Assembly: GCA_016203455.1 (NCBI GenBank)
Contig: JACQMR010000009.1
Location: 6,524 to 70,523, forward strand
Reading direction: 5' to 3'
Length of the DNA stretch: 64,000 bases
Origin: Candidatus Wildermuthbacteria bacterium
Lineage (GTDB): Bacteria > Patescibacteriota > Minisyncoccia > Minisyncoccales > UBA10102
Within the stretch, counting starts at the first letter, position 1; each line of letters begins with the position of its first letter. Shown piece after piece: positions 63,755-64,000 of the stretch. Position numbers and translations under genes: made by a program. Under the pieces are notes generated by a model. That model saw only the letters and a program-made list of their open reading frames with translations. It was not told the origin of the DNA and did not search any database.

Positions 63755-64000
63755 ATGGAGAAGTTTTACATTACAACATCCATTCCGTATGTGAACGGGC
63801 CTCCGCATATCGGTTTCGCGCTAGAGATCATTCAGGCGGATGTTTTGGCTCGGTTTAATCGCAGGAAGGGTTCTGCCGTTTTCTTTTTGACCGGAACCGA
63901 TGAGCACGGGTTAAAGATAGCAAAATCCGCGAAAGACGCGGGAGTTTCTCCGCGGGAGTTTACGGATTCAATTTCCGGAAAATTTCGCGACTTAGCTAAA
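63755..64000 (+). CDS. metG: Methionyl-tRNA synthetase (5' part; runs off the window)
   Basis: Translated by hand: MEKFYITTSIPYVNGPPHIGFALE...FLTGTDEHG. Confidence 0.93.
   Translation, partial: MEKFYITTSIPYVNGPPHIGFALEIIQADVLARFNRRKGSAVFFLTGTDEHGLKIAKSAKDAGVSPREFTDSISGKFRDLAK

Noticed and set aside
1..64000. Recoded TGA (genetic code 25)
   Set aside because: Conserved genes such as smpB, ruvC, polA and rsmI end properly at TGA, and no genes are fragmented.
1..64000. The many short antisense and alternate-frame ORFs in the track
   Set aside because: They overlap well-supported genes and show no recognisable motifs.

Overview
Chromosomal, origin-proximal region of a reduced-genome bacterium, most consistent with Patescibacteria/CPR (Parcubacteria-like). 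This is inferred from gene content; TGA is used as a stop, so genetic code 11. The left 13 kb holds rsmA and a CPR-type type IV secretion/pilus-like cluster (Cys-rich pilin-fused adhesin, giant VirB6-like protein, PrgI, VirB4-like ATPase, pilin). The jag-yidC-rnpA-rpmH / dnaA-dnaN origin block follows. The rest is mainly housekeeping: PBP1A, tyrS, ruvABC, polA, uvrB, polX, argS, ileS, glyQS, metG, smpB, tmRNA, tRNA-Arg. The most interesting signal is non-genic. A four-helix-bundle (IVP/Avd-like) gene is enclosed by inverted arrays of a 7-nt repeat. The same arrays recur as an 'empty' copy 40 kb away, as related one-armed arrays in front of start codons, and as in-frame peptides inside UvrB and IleRS. 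Two more palindrome families are translated inside RsmA, ArgRS, TsaE and a Mur ligase. Many core genes look leaderless (-10 box 4-7 nt before ATG), whereas several isolated genes have a strong SD and, in most cases, a full sigma70 promoter. All calls are by-eye motif recognition; no searches were run.
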